Positions 8,052 through 18,234 are shown, numbered from the stretch's first letter. The stretch is DNA of 62,960 bases from a virus (IMGVR_UViG_3300036861_000645:1-62960), one strand, 5' to 3'. The notes: generated from the letters alone by a model not told the origin. Program-made: numbers and translations.

Positions 8052-9630
8052 AGCGCTGACGGCGGCTGATGTCGAGGCCGATCTCGCCAATCTCATCGCG
8101 AGCTGTCATCATGATCCTCTACGCTTCGTGACACGGGCTTTCCCCTGGAAGGAAGCTGGCTCCGAGCTCGCCCTGCATGATGGCCCTGATGCGTGGCAGC
8201 GCGCCGTGCTCTGCGAGATCCGGGACGGGCTCAAGGCCGGTAAGGACCCGATCCAGACGGCGGTTGCGAGCGGCCATGGCGTGGGCAAGTCGACCCTCGT
8301 GGCCTGGCTGATCCTCTGGACCCTTGCCACCCATGAGGACGCCAAGGCGATCGTCACGGCGAATACCGAGATCCAGCTCCGCACCAAAACTTGGCCCGAG
8401 CTGTCTCATTGGTACAATCTCTTCATCGCCCGTCATTGGTTCATTATGACGGCGACCTCGATCTACTCGAGCGATCCCCGGCACGAGCGAACATGGCGCG
8501 CCGATGCAATTCCGTGGTCTGAGAACAGAACGGAGTCCTTCGCCGGTCTGCACAATCAAGGGCGCCGTGTCGCGCTGTTCTTCGATGAAGCCTCAGCCAT
8601 TCCGGATGTGATCTGGGAGACCGCCTCGGGTGCCCTGACCGACAAGGACACCGAGATCATCTGGGGCGCGTTCGGCAACCCGACGCGCAACACGGGCCGC
8701 TTCCGGGAGTGCTTCGGGCGCTTCCGGCACCGCTGGCGCACGCATCAGATCGACAGCCGCACCGCCAAGCTTACGAACAAGGAGCAGATTGCGCAGTGGA
8801 TCGCCGACTATGGCGAGGACAGCGACTTCGTGCGCGTCCGTGTGCGGGGCGTCTTCCCGCGGGCGGGCTCCATGCAGTTCATCTCCTCGGAGCTCGCTGA
8901 GGAGGCGGCGCGGCGCGAGGATCCCGAGACGACGCTCATGGACGCCCTTGTCATGGGTGTCGATGTGGCCCGCTTCGGCGATGACGAGACGGTCATCCAG
9001 CTCCGCCGCGGGCGGGATGGGCGTTCGATCCCGACCATTCGGCTCCGGGGCGCCGATACCATGACGGTGGCGGCCCGCGTGGCCGAGGCCTATCAGGAGC
9101 ACCGGCCGGATGCGATCTTCATCGACGGCGGTGGGCCTGGGGCGGGCGTGGTCGATCGCCTGCGTATGCTGCGCTATCCCGTGATCGAGATCCAATTTGG
9201 GGCGGCGCCGGACCGGACGCGCGAGACACAGGATGGCGCCATCGCCTATGCCAACAAGCGGGCGGAGATGTGGGGCTCGCTGCGAGACTGGCTGCGCCAT
9301 GGCAGCATCCCCAATGATCCTCAGCTCCTTGCCGATCTCTGCGGAGTGGAGTACGGCTATACGCTTCGTGAGGGGCGGGATGTGATCATCCTCGAGAAGA
9401 AAGCGGACATGAAGAAGCGGGGACTGTCCTCGCCGGACTGGGCCGACGCGCTCGCGCTGACGCTGGCTCTGCCCGTGCAGCCCTCGGACCACAGCCATGC
9501 GATGGGCGGCCGCGTGGCTCATTCCATCGACTACAAGCCTTTTGGCAGCGCCTACAAGCAGCCCAACCAGCCCTTGGGCTCGGAGCCGCGCAAGGGCACC
9601 TTCATGCCCCATGGACCCGGGAGAACCTGA
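8035..9630 (+). CDS. terL: Terminase large subunit
   Basis: Walker A SGHGVGKS, Walker B LFFDEA, GNPT, nuclease GVDVARFGDD and SPDWADAL. Confidence 0.95.
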   Translation: MAKTAKALTAADVEADLANLIASCHHDPLRFVTRAFPWKEAGSELALHDGPDAWQRAVLCEIRDGLKAGKDPIQTAVASGHGVGKSTLVAWLILWTLATHEDAKAIVTANTEIQLRTKTWPELSHWYNLFIARHWFIMTATSIYSSDPRHERTWRADAIPWSENRTESFAGLHNQGRRVALFFDEASAIPDVIWETASGALTDKDTEIIWGAFGNPTRNTGRFRECFGRFRHRWRTHQIDSRTAKLTNKEQIAQWIADYGEDSDFVRVRVRGVFPRAGSMQFISSELAEEAARREDPETTLMDALVMGVDVARFGDDETVIQLRRGRDGRSIPTIRLRGADTMTVAARVAEAYQEHRPDAIFIDGGGPGAGVVDRLRMLRYPVIEIQFGAAPDRTRETQDGAIAYANKRAEMWGSLRDWLRHGSIPNDPQLLADLCGVEYGYTLREGRDVIILEKKADMKKRGLSSPDWADALALTLALPVQPSDHSHAMGGRVAHSIDYKPFGSAYKQPNQPLGSEPRKGTFMPHGPGRT

Positions 9631-9924
9631 ATGGACACCGTCGAAGCCCGCATGGCCAAGGCCTGCACGGATGATCTTGCAGTGCGTCATGAGCCGGTCA
9701 ACTCACCGCCGCCGCTCGTCCCGAATCCGTATCGGGCTCGGCTGCGGCTGGATCAGATGGTGGGCGGGCCGCTGATGGCCGCGATTCGGGAGCCCGATAT
9801 GACGGCTACGGAAGTTTCTGCTCGCTGGGCTTTTCTGGAAAAGTCTTACAAACAAGCCAAGGCGGAGTTCGACAAGGCATGGAACGATCCTTGCACCTAT
9901 CGGCTCTTCATCCGCACCCCATGA
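9631..9924 (+). CDS. Hypothetical protein with portal-like MTATEV motif
   Basis: DQMVGGPLMA and DMTATEVSAR. Confidence 0.5.
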   Translation: MDTVEARMAKACTDDLAVRHEPVNSPPPLVPNPYRARLRLDQMVGGPLMAAIREPDMTATEVSARWAFLEKSYKQAKAEFDKAWNDPCTYRLFIRTP

Positions 9925-9958
9925 ACCTCCGCGAGATTATGGCCCACGGAGATCATGA

Positions 9959-10180
9959 ATGGTGACCCCCATCAGCCATAAGATTGCTGGGATGAGCCGT
10001 GATCACCTTACGGGCTTGGCGCGCGCCCTCGTCAAACCGGCTGGCGCTGCGCAAGGCGCCCTAATCCCAGGCTTTGCGGCGTCGTCTGTCGGAGGGCGCT
10101 CGCTCACTGAGCTATCGCACAAAGAGTTGCTTGACCACGTCCATACGCTCCTCCAAACCACGTTGACCCCAAAGCTGTGA
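9959..10180 (+). CDS. Hypothetical protein
   Basis: Coupled to next gene. Confidence 0.5.
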   Translation: MVTPISHKIAGMSRDHLTGLARALVKPAGAAQGALIPGFAASSVGGRSLTELSHKELLDHVHTLLQTTLTPKL

Positions 10181-11718
10181 CCATCTCGAACACCAAGACT
10201 GTGGTCACGGCCCAAGGCAACGGGGTCACAACGCAGTTTGCCTATGACTTCCTGATTCCGGAGGCCTCGGACGCCGAGGTCATCTACACGGACTTGCTGG
10301 GGCAGCAGACGCCGCTCCTGCCCAGCCAGTACACGATCACCGGTCTTGGCAATGTGCTCGGCGGTAACGTCACATATCCCTTGAGCGGCCTGCCTCTCGT
10401 CGCCGGGACCTATCTCACGATCCAGCGCGTCTTGCCCGTTGTGCAGGGCACGAGCATCTCGAATCAGGGGCCTGTCTTCGCGGCGATCGAGGATGCGCTC
10501 GACTATCTCACCATGCTGGCCCAGGCTGGCGTCGAGGGCTCGAGCCGCGCCATCACCTTCCCGCCGGTTGATCTCAATCCGCAGGGTGTGCTGCCGGTCG
10601 CGGCGTTGCGCGCCAACAAGACGCTCGGCTTCGATGGATCCGGCAATGTGATCGCGGGCGGCGTCGCCAGCGCGCTCATCTCCTCCATCATGTATCCGGT
10701 GGTGCAGGCGTCGAGCCTAGCCATCGCTCGGTCCGCGCTCGGCATCCCCACGGGCCAGGGGCGCACGATCTCCGCCAGCACGACGTTGCTCACGACGGAT
10801 CGCGATACGCAGATCCGGGTCGGCACGGGCGGCGGCCCCGTCACGATCGCCCTTCTCCCCGCCGCCACGGCCGGGAATGGCTACGAAGTCGAGATCATCA
10901 AGGACGGGAATGACACGCTCTTGACGCTGGATCCCGATGGCGCTGAGACCTTCTGGAACCAGGGCGAGAGCTTTCTTCTGGTCGGGCCCTTCGACAGCGT
11001 GCGCTTGCGCTCGGACGGCGTGAATTGGTCGTATATCTGGGGCAACGGCTATGTCGCGCCGGCCAGCCTCAAGGAGTGGCCGGGCACAACCACACCCGTA
11101 GGCTGGCTGCTCTGCTACGGGCAGGCCATCAGCCGCGTGACCTATGCGCGGCTCTTTGCGCTGCTTAGCACGACCTACGGTGTCGGGGATGGCTCGACGA
11201 CGTTCAACCTGCCGGATTATCGCGGCCCCGCGCGTGTTGGACGCGACAACATGGGCGGGACACGCGCCAATGTCCTACAGAAGTCGACGACGCTCACGAC
11301 GACGAACACCTTGAACACCGCAACGGTCGCTTCGGCCACAGGCCTTGCGGTCGGCATGTATGTGCTGAGCGCGAATGTGCCAGCTGGGACCAGCATCACG
11401 GCGATCTCCGGCACGACGATCACGATGTCCGCCAATGCAACAGTTACGGGCGCTGATGCGTCGGCGCATTACTCGCTGATCAACAATCCTGAGCTTGTTG
11501 GCCGCACGGGCGGCTCGCCCACGCATGTTCAGCTCGTAGCCGAGATTGGCACCCATGTTCACGGCAGTCACAACCATCTCTCGGTTCAGAGTGTCGGGGC
11601 TGGCGGCATCAATGTGCTGAGCAGCGTCGATCCCGCAGACACGGATCCTGCTGGCCTCAGCCAAGCCATGCCGATCCTCCAGCCCACCATCACCGTCGAC
11701 GTTTTGATCAAGATCTAG
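10177..11718 (+). CDS. Tail fibre with T7-gp17-like N-terminus and tail-collar domain
   Basis: GNGVTTQFAYDF; PVGWLLCYGQAISRVTYARLF...GDGSTTFNLPD. Confidence 0.85.
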   Translation: MTISNTKTVVTAQGNGVTTQFAYDFLIPEASDAEVIYTDLLGQQTPLLPSQYTITGLGNVLGGNVTYPLSGLPLVAGTYLTIQRVLPVVQGTSISNQGPVFAAIEDALDYLTMLAQAGVEGSSRAITFPPVDLNPQGVLPVAALRANKTLGFDGSGNVIAGGVASALISSIMYPVVQASSLAIARSALGIPTGQGRTISASTTLLTTDRDTQIRVGTGGGPVTIALLPAATAGNGYEVEIIKDGNDTLLTLDPDGAETFWNQGESFLLVGPFDSVRLRSDGVNWSYIWGNGYVAPASLKEWPGTTTPVGWLLCYGQAISRVTYARLFALLSTTYGVGDGSTTFNLPDYRGPARVGRDNMGGTRANVLQKSTTLTTTNTLNTATVASATGLAVGMYVLSANVPAGTSITAISGTTITMSANATVTGADASAHYSLINNPELVGRTGGSPTHVQLVAEIGTHVHGSHNHLSVQSVGAGGINVLSSVDPADTDPAGLSQAMPILQPTITVDVLIKI

Positions 11719-11727
11719 AGGCGCATC

Positions 11728-11943
11728 ATGAGAGCAGAAGCATTGCGGCAGGAAGCCGAAGCAGCGAAAGATAGGGTGATTTGTCCACTGCTGCCGGGCA
11801 TGGTTGTTCGGCTGAAAAGTGGCGGCCCGATGATGACGATCGCCCAGAGGAGGGGGGTAGATTACTCCTACGTGTTCTGGATGGACGACAACGGCCATCT
11901 GCATGAACACGAAATCCTCTCCTGCCTTTTGATGGAGGCCTAA
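11728..11943 (+). CDS. DUF2158/YodC-like protein
   Basis: GMVVRLKSGGPMMTI. Confidence 0.75.
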   Translation: MRAEALRQEAEAAKDRVICPLLPGMVVRLKSGGPMMTIAQRRGVDYSYVFWMDDNGHLHEHEILSCLLMEA

Positions 11944-11946
11944 GCC

Positions 11947-12174
11947 ATGGGTGGAGCCTCCGTCCCCGAGCCGTCAAAACCGAAAGAGCTTCCCCCGCCC
12001 GCGATATCGCCCACTTTGGCCAACCCTGCGGTTTCAAGATCAGGAGCAGCTCAAAGGGCCAAAGCCGCCGCCCAGTCCGGCGCCGGCTTCGCCGGGACGG
12101 TGCAGAACGCTGGCGGTCCTCAGGGCTTGGAGGGCAGCGACACGCCCACCGCGGGAAAGTCGCTGCTCGGATGA
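11947..12174 (+). CDS. Small virion-associated protein (pre-portal)
   Basis: MGG..P-rich...GKSLLG pattern typical of genes upstream of podovirus portals. Confidence 0.55.
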   Translation: MGGASVPEPSKPKELPPPAISPTLANPAVSRSGAAQRAKAAAQSGAGFAGTVQNAGGPQGLEGSDTPTAGKSLLG

Positions 12175-12377
12175 CCAATCTGCTGCCTAAGCCAGTTGTC
12201 TGGGCTCTCTTGATCGGGTTTGCCGTCGCAGGCTGGACGAGTGGGCAATGGCGTCTGGCGATTGTTTTTACTGCGGTCGTTTGTGCCCTTGTCCTTGACA
12301 TCGTATGGCAATGGGTTTCCAGGCGGCTCCTGATTCGCAGGCTCCGGCGCACAGTGAGGGATCGACGCAAGGCATGA
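12171..12377 (+). CDS. Small two-TM membrane protein
   Basis: Two hydrophobic segments, basic tail. Confidence 0.55.
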   Translation: MTNLLPKPVVWALLIGFAVAGWTSGQWRLAIVFTAVVCALVLDIVWQWVSRRLLIRRLRRTVRDRRKA

Positions 12378-12568
12378 CCATCCCCCACACCAAGCGCCCC
12401 GGCCCCAATGACGAGCTCCGGCTCCTGCTCACCGTCGCGCGAACGCTGCGTGGTCTTGTGGCCAGGCTGGCAACTTCCTCGATCGAGAACGATCTGGCTG
12501 CGCTCGACGCCGCACTGACGCCATTCTGGGATATCGCCGTGGCCGACGATGATAAGCGAGATCTGTAG
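12374..12568 (+). CDS. Hypothetical protein
   Basis: ATGA coupling. Confidence 0.5.
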   Translation: MTIPHTKRPGPNDELRLLLTVARTLRGLVARLATSSIENDLAALDAALTPFWDIAVADDDKRDL

Positions 12569-12570
12569 GC

Positions 12571-14472
12571 ATGGCTGACGTTCCTGTCGCTCCTCCCTCC
12601 GCGAACGGCGCCGCTCCTCCGCCGGAGAGCCTGACGGCCACGCGCAAGCGCAAACGGGATGCGCGGACCGTGGCGTATGAGCGGGCCAGCGCACAGAACT
12701 TGGCCAATCAGCCGTCGCGGGCTGTGCTCACCGATCGCCCGCCACCACGCGAATGGCTGATGACACGGCAGCATCTCGAATCGCGCTTGAACATGCAGCG
12801 GGCATGGCGGACGACGTGGGCAGCGCACTGGTCGCTGCTTGAGACCTATCTGCTCCCGCGGCGCGGCATCTTCATCAACAATGCTATGCCCACCGCTAAT
12901 TCGATGGTGAGAGGATCACCCATCAATCAGGAAATCGTCGATCCCACGGGCACCTATGCCATGCGCGTCTGCACGGCGGGCCTCGTCTCCGGGTTGATCT
13001 CACCGTCGCGGCCATGGTTCAAGCTGAAGCCCGCGCTGTTCGATCGCAACATGCTGGGCGCGGATGCCCAGGAATGGTTCGAGGAGTGTGAGGACCGCAT
13101 TTACACCATCATGGGCCGCTCGAACTTCTATGATGCTGGCGCCCAGATGATGGAAGACATCGTCGCCTTTGGCACGGGCCCGATGATCATCTATGAGGAT
13201 GAAGATCAGGTCATCCGCTGCTACACGCCCTGCCCGGGGGAGTATTTCGTGTCGTCCTCGAACGCGATGCGGGTCGGCTCGCTCTATCGTCTATTCGTGA
13301 TGACAATTTCCCAGATCGTGCAGATGTTCGGCCTGGAGAACTGCCCGCAAGACGTCCAGAAGATGTGGCAGGAGAAGGGCGGCCAGATCGAGGTCGAGAA
13401 GCTCGTGGCTCATGCGATCGAGCCGAATTTCCCGATCGCCACGTCCTCGCAGGAAGAGGTCGGCGTGGTCCAAGGCGATTACGCTTGGCGCGAGGCCTAC
13501 TGGATCTACGGCAGCGGGGCGGAATGGCCGCTCAGCTGGCGCGGCTTCATGGACGAGCCCTTCATCTGTCCCCGCTGGGCCGTGACGAGCAACGACGCCT
13601 ATGGCCGCTCCGTCGCCATGGAGGTGCTGCCCGACATCATCCAGCTCCAGGTCATGACGAACCGCATGGGCGAGGCGATCGAGAAGATGGTGCGCCCGCC
13701 GCTCCTCGCTTCAGCCGACATGAAGAACGAGCCGAGCTCCATTCTGCCCGGCCATATCACCTATGTGACGAGCCTCGACGCCAGCAAGGGCATGCGCCCC
13801 ACCTACACCGTCAATCCCGAAATCAAGGAGATGATGGAGAACCTGCAGGCTATCCAGGCACGGATCAAGACGGGCTTTTTCAACGATCTGTTCCTCATGC
13901 TCGAGACGGCCTCAAACAAGAACATGACGGCCTTCGAGGTCGCGCAGCGTCAGCAGGAGAAGCTGCAGGTGCTGGGCCCTGTGATCGAGCGCCTGCAGAA
14001 CGAAGCGCTCGGGCCAGCAATCAAGCGCATCTTCCGCATCATGGAGCGTAAAGGCTTGCTGCCGCCGATGCCGGCCAGCCTCCGCGGCGTTAAGATGGGC
14101 ATCGAGTATCAAAGCATGCTCTCACTCGCGCAGAAGGCGGCGAGCACCGCCTCGCTGGAGCGCTGGGCCTCGGTGATGGGAAACATGCAGGCCGCTGATC
14201 CATCGATTGCCGATGTTTGGGACCGCGACGCATGGGCAGAGGAATACAGCCATGATATCCTCTTGCCACGGAGAATCATGAACTCACCGGAGAAGGTGCA
14301 GCAATTGCGAGAGGCGCGGGCGAAACAGATGCAGCAGCAACAGGCCATGGGGGCAGCACAGGCGGCGGTCGAGGGGGCGAAGACTCTATCCGAGACTCAG
14401 CTCGGATCCGGGCAGAACGCTTTGGCTCTCATGATGGGGAATCAAGGCTTAAGTGGGGTAACTCAACAATGA
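12571..14472 (+). CDS. Portal (head-tail connector), BPP-1/T7-like
   Basis: SPSRPWFKL, SNFY, FGTG, YGRS, MTAFEVAQRQQEKLQVLGPVIERL. Confidence 0.95.
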   Translation: MADVPVAPPSANGAAPPPESLTATRKRKRDARTVAYERASAQNLANQPSRAVLTDRPPPREWLMTRQHLESRLNMQRAWRTTWAAHWSLLETYLLPRRGIFINNAMPTANSMVRGSPINQEIVDPTGTYAMRVCTAGLVSGLISPSRPWFKLKPALFDRNMLGADAQEWFEECEDRIYTIMGRSNFYDAGAQMMEDIVAFGTGPMIIYEDEDQVIRCYTPCPGEYFVSSSNAMRVGSLYRLFVMTISQIVQMFGLENCPQDVQKMWQEKGGQIEVEKLVAHAIEPNFPIATSSQEEVGVVQGDYAWREAYWIYGSGAEWPLSWRGFMDEPFICPRWAVTSNDAYGRSVAMEVLPDIIQLQVMTNRMGEAIEKMVRPPLLASADMKNEPSSILPGHITYVTSLDASKGMRPTYTVNPEIKEMMENLQAIQARIKTGFFNDLFLMLETASNKNMTAFEVAQRQQEKLQVLGPVIERLQNEALGPAIKRIFRIMERKGLLPPMPASLRGVKMGIEYQSMLSLAQKAASTASLERWASVMGNMQAADPSIADVWDRDAWAEEYSHDILLPRRIMNSPEKVQQLREARAKQMQQQQAMGAAQAAVEGAKTLSETQLGSGQNALALMMGNQGLSGVTQQ

Positions 14473-15119
14473 TGCCAACTGAAGGGCCGATGGAGATCGG
14501 CAGCCGCATCGGCAGCGTTGTTATCATTGGACAGAAATATACAGTTGGTGGAAAGCGTGTTTTTAACAAGGTCCGTTGCGATTGCGGTAAGGAGTGGGAT
14601 GCGCGGAGAGATGCGCTCCGCAGTGGGCAAATTACATCGTGTGGGTGCAAAAGAACAGAACGCTTCATCGCTCAAAATACTAAACATGGGATGACGTCAA
14701 GAGCGGGCGTACCGCCAGAATATACAACGTGGGCTGACATGATCCAACGATGCCACAATGAAAACAGTGCAGCCTATAAATATTACGGTGCGCGAGGCAT
14801 TGCGGTATGTGATCGCTGGAAAACTTCATTCAAGAATTTTTACGATGATATGGGCCCGCGGCCTTCTGGTACATCGATCGAGCGCATCAACAACGATCTC
14901 GGATATGAGCCAGGAAACTGTCGCTGGGCCACCCATGCGGAGCAAATGCAAAACACGCGCGGAACCCGAAAAGTTCTTGTGTCCGGGCGTGAGATGTCAA
15001 CGTCAGAGGCGGCCAAAGCGATTGGTGTTCCAAGAATGAGAATCTATTGGCGTGTTCACAAGTATCGCATCACGCATCAGGAAGCGGTGGATTTCTACGC
15101 TGCGCAGAGGGGCGCTTAG
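14469..15119 (+). CDS. HNH homing endonuclease
   Basis: CDCG, SCGC, YGARGIAVCDRW, SIERINNDLGYEPGNCRWAT; lower GC. Confidence 0.9.
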   Translation: MMPTEGPMEIGSRIGSVVIIGQKYTVGGKRVFNKVRCDCGKEWDARRDALRSGQITSCGCKRTERFIAQNTKHGMTSRAGVPPEYTTWADMIQRCHNENSAAYKYYGARGIAVCDRWKTSFKNFYDDMGPRPSGTSIERINNDLGYEPGNCRWATHAEQMQNTRGTRKVLVSGREMSTSEAAKAIGVPRMRIYWRVHKYRITHQEAVDFYAAQRGA

Positions 15120-15120
15120 T

Positions 15121-15363
15121 ATGCCAGCGGAAATCCCGAATCAGCTGCAGTCAGGTTCTCCGTACACGGAACGTGAATTGTTTTCCCGCTTGCTTCATGA
15201 TTTAGGAAACTGCCACACAGATGCGCGAGGACTCGCGGCGCTCCGTAAGGATCTCCGTTGGCTTGCGGTCGCGGGGCTCTTTGAAGAATTGCGTGAGAAA
15301 GCCACACTTCTTATGACGAAGCCCCAGGGCATCGTGATCCCGAAATCCTACAAAGGACTGTAG
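15121..15363 (+). CDS. Hypothetical protein
   Basis: ORF after HNH. Confidence 0.6.
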   Translation: MPAEIPNQLQSGSPYTERELFSRLLHDLGNCHTDARGLAALRKDLRWLAVAGLFEELREKATLLMTKPQGIVIPKSYKGL

Positions 15364-15546
15364 ATGTTCGATCTTCTATTCCGCCTCCGCTGGGTGCTGA
15401 TGATCCTGTGCATCGCGTCCGTTACAATCGGCGGTCTGATGGACGTTCAGGGGGCCATTGGCTGGATTCTATTGGGTGTGGGTTGTGTGGGAATGATCGG
15501 ATTGTTTTTCATCCTCTTGGAGATCAATAGCTGGAGATCGCGCTGA
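15364..15546 (+). CDS. Small two-TM membrane protein
   Basis: Hydrophobic. Confidence 0.55.
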   Translation: MFDLLFRLRWVLMILCIASVTIGGLMDVQGAIGWILLGVGCVGMIGLFFILLEINSWRSR

Positions 15547-15548
15547 AG

Positions 15549-17189
15549 ATGGGCGAGCATAAACACAAGCCAATGATCTCGGTCATTCTGCCCAGCCGCG
15601 GCCGTCCGCTGCAGTGTCGGCGCGCCGTGGAATCGCTGAACCGGAACGCGGGCAACTGCCGCATCGAGATCCTGGTCGGGTTGGACGAGGATGACCCGAC
15701 GCTGGAGGAGTACCGGCTCGTCGACGCCGAGATCTGCATTGCGCCGCGCGGTAAGACGCTGGGCGCGATCCAGAACCGCCTCGCGGCCCAAGCGCGTGGC
15801 CGGTATCTCATGTTCTTCACGGATGATTACGTGTTGGAGCAGCCGGAATGGGGACAGGCGATCCTGACCGTGGGCAAGCGCCTGCCGCAGGACATCGGCG
15901 TGCTGTATCTGGATGACCCCACGCATCCCGGCTTCTCGACGTTCCCCGTGATCCCGCGCGCGGTCTATGAGACCGTGGGCTATCTCGCGCCCGCGTTCTT
16001 CCCATACTGGTTTACGGACACTTGGTACGATGAAATCGGGGAGCTGCTCGCGGCAAAGCTGCAAGTGCCGGTTACGGTGGCCGCGCCCGAAGGCCGAGGC
16101 AAGACGCATGGCCTGATCGATCTACCCTTCTGGCTCGACGTGTTCGAGCGGACACGGCCTCTGCGGGTCAATGACACGCTGGCGCTGGCGGCCAAGGGCT
16201 TCGGCGAGGAGGCCGCGCGCCGCGGTGCCGATTCGACCGAGTTCATGCGGCGGCTGACGCTCTGCGAGAAGCGCGTTGCGCATCTCCATGATCCCGCTTT
16301 GCAGGCCAAGCTTGCCGAAGGCGCGGCCAGCAAGCCCGGCCCGTTCTATGAAGAGGTCAAGGCCGAAGCGGCGGCGCTTTGTGAGAAGCTGGAGAAACTT
16401 GCGCCGAAGCGCTTGCGCGTGGCGATTTGTATTCCTTCCGCCGATACCTGGAAGGCGGGGACGGCGACCGACATCGCAGGCATCAGCGCTTATTCCGCGA
16501 GCGCTGGCATTGAGGTCGCGATCCTGGGCTTCGAATGCGCGACGGTGACGAATGCGCGGAATGGCATTGTCGAAATGGCGCTCGCCAACAAATGCTCGCA
16601 TCTCCTATGGGTCGATAGCGATATGAGGGCACCACCGGACACGATCGTCAGGCTTTTGAACCACAACAAGGATATCGTCGGGGCCGTTTATAATAAACGG
16701 CCGCCCCCACACACCACCTTGGGCCGGCTCAAGGGTGATAAGCCGGAAGACATGAGCACGATCTCGCCTCTGCATGAGGCCACGCTCTTGCCCGGCGGCA
16801 TGATGCTGGTCAAGGCCGATGTCTACCGCAAGATCGGCTGGCCTGCGTATTTTGAAGTTTACAACTGGAGTGCCAAGGCTGCGGATGGCTTCGAGGGCTT
16901 CAAGCTCATGATGCGCAATCTCTTCAGCCAAGCTCCCTCTGATGAGGTGCTGGCGTCACTCGACGGCACAGCCTTCGCTGACTGGATGAAGGACCACTTC
17001 GTCATCGGCGAGGATGATGAGCCTGTGCTAATGTTCTCAGAGGATTACGCCTTCTGCCGCAAGGCGAGGCGTGCCGGATTCGAGATCTGGGCGGATTTGG
17101 AGTTGAGCACGAAAATCGCTCATCTCGGTACGATGCCCGTGACGGCTGCCCTACCAAAAGAGACCAAATTCAAGGAAGCGGCGGAGTAA
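15549..17189 (+). CDS. Tandem GT-A (GT2-like) glycosyltransferase
   Basis: Domain 1 ISVILPSRGR...FTDD; domain 2 VAICIPS...ARN...WVDSD...SEDYAFC. Confidence 0.85.
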   Translation: MGEHKHKPMISVILPSRGRPLQCRRAVESLNRNAGNCRIEILVGLDEDDPTLEEYRLVDAEICIAPRGKTLGAIQNRLAAQARGRYLMFFTDDYVLEQPEWGQAILTVGKRLPQDIGVLYLDDPTHPGFSTFPVIPRAVYETVGYLAPAFFPYWFTDTWYDEIGELLAAKLQVPVTVAAPEGRGKTHGLIDLPFWLDVFERTRPLRVNDTLALAAKGFGEEAARRGADSTEFMRRLTLCEKRVAHLHDPALQAKLAEGAASKPGPFYEEVKAEAAALCEKLEKLAPKRLRVAICIPSADTWKAGTATDIAGISAYSASAGIEVAILGFECATVTNARNGIVEMALANKCSHLLWVDSDMRAPPDTIVRLLNHNKDIVGAVYNKRPPPHTTLGRLKGDKPEDMSTISPLHEATLLPGGMMLVKADVYRKIGWPAYFEVYNWSAKAADGFEGFKLMMRNLFSQAPSDEVLASLDGTAFADWMKDHFVIGEDDEPVLMFSEDYAFCRKARRAGFEIWADLELSTKIAHLGTMPVTAALPKETKFKEAAE

Positions 17190-17480
17190 TTACTGCGCCG
17201 GCTTCACATAGATCGGGTTGAACGCGCTGCCCGGCGCATAGATCCGTTCCATATGAGCCGTGGCCGCATCATCGGCTGCGGTCTGCATCATGAGCGCATC
17301 CATGATCGTGGCCGAGTATTGAGCGGGCGTGATCTCGCCGCGCTTGAGCGCATCGGCGGCCCACTGCAGTTTCCGCTGTGAGACTTCCGCATTGACTTCG
17401 AGGTTGCGCTCATAGGCGGCCTCGAGCTGGGCGGCGCAGCCCGTGAGGCTGAGGAGGGCGAGAAGACAGAGCGTTTTCAT
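17190..17480 (-). CDS. Lipoprotein
   Basis: MKTLCLLALLSLTGC signal/lipobox; AAGGAAAGG RBS. Confidence 0.75.
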   Translation of the reverse strand: MKTLCLLALLSLTGCAAQLEAAYERNLEVNAEVSQRKLQWAADALKRGEITPAQYSATIMDALMMQTAADDAATAHMERIYAPGSAFNPIYVKPAQ

Positions 17481-17525
17481 GTTGGCTTGACCTTTCCTTG
17501 TGCGATTTGATTGACCGCCCGCCGC

Positions 17526-17963
17526 TCACAGCCAATTCCAGCCTGCTGGCTTGGTCGGTAGAGTAAATGGGCTGGGGTTGTCATGGATTTCCCATGGCAT
17601 AGGGATTTGAACGACTTTTGATATGTCTAGAGGACGGCACCTCTTGGCATAATCGGACCAGTCCCATTTTTGGCGGCCCTTTAAGCGACAATCTCGCATG
17701 TTATCTTCATGCGTCCCTGGGAATAAATGGTTTGGGTTGACGCATGGAGGATTGTCGCAGCGGTGGCAGGAAAAAATATGTGACGGTTGTTTTCCATGAA
17801 CAAGAAAAAGGCTGAGGCGATGCGCTCCGATTTGATATTGCCCAGTCCAAAAGCGACCATAGCCTTGCTTATTTCGTGGCCCGGTCCACAGCCAGCATTC
17901 ATCATCTCCGGCTTTGGCGACATTTGCCCAAAAGCGGTCTAGCACTTCTTGGCTGACGATCAT
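17526..17963 (-). CDS. HNH endonuclease (HNH_3 type)
   Basis: CWLWTG, GYGRF, AHR, CHRCDNPPCVNPNHLFPGTHEDN. Confidence 0.9.
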   Translation of the reverse strand: MIVSQEVLDRFWANVAKAGDDECWLWTGPRNKQGYGRFWTGQYQIGAHRLSLFLVHGKQPSHIFSCHRCDNPPCVNPNHLFPGTHEDNMRDCRLKGRQKWDWSDYAKRCRPLDISKVVQIPMPWEIHDNPSPFTLPTKPAGWNWL

Positions 17964-18142
17964 TTAAAATCCACCATCGCAGCAAGTTTGTTGGCTTGTC
18001 GGCGCTCATACCATCCGTCGAGTAGGCCGCGGAGATGCTCGCCCCAGCGGATGCCCTTTTCGCGGGCCTCCTCATTTAATTCCCGGAAAATGTAGTTAGG
18101 AATTTTGATAAAGTGCCGATCGGACTCAATGACTTTGCGCAT
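17960..18142 (-). CDS. Small RHH-like regulator
   Basis: FIKIPNYIFRELNEEAREKGI; GGAG RBS. Confidence 0.5.
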   Translation of the reverse strand: MRKVIESDRHFIKIPNYIFRELNEEAREKGIRWGEHLRGLLDGWYERRQANKLAAMVDFK

Positions 18143-18234
18143 TTCTCCGCCCCAGAGCAAACTCTAGCTATAGAATAGCTATATTAAGACGAATTTCCTT
18201 GAAGTCCACTAGATCTAGCGTCAACGCTCATCCC

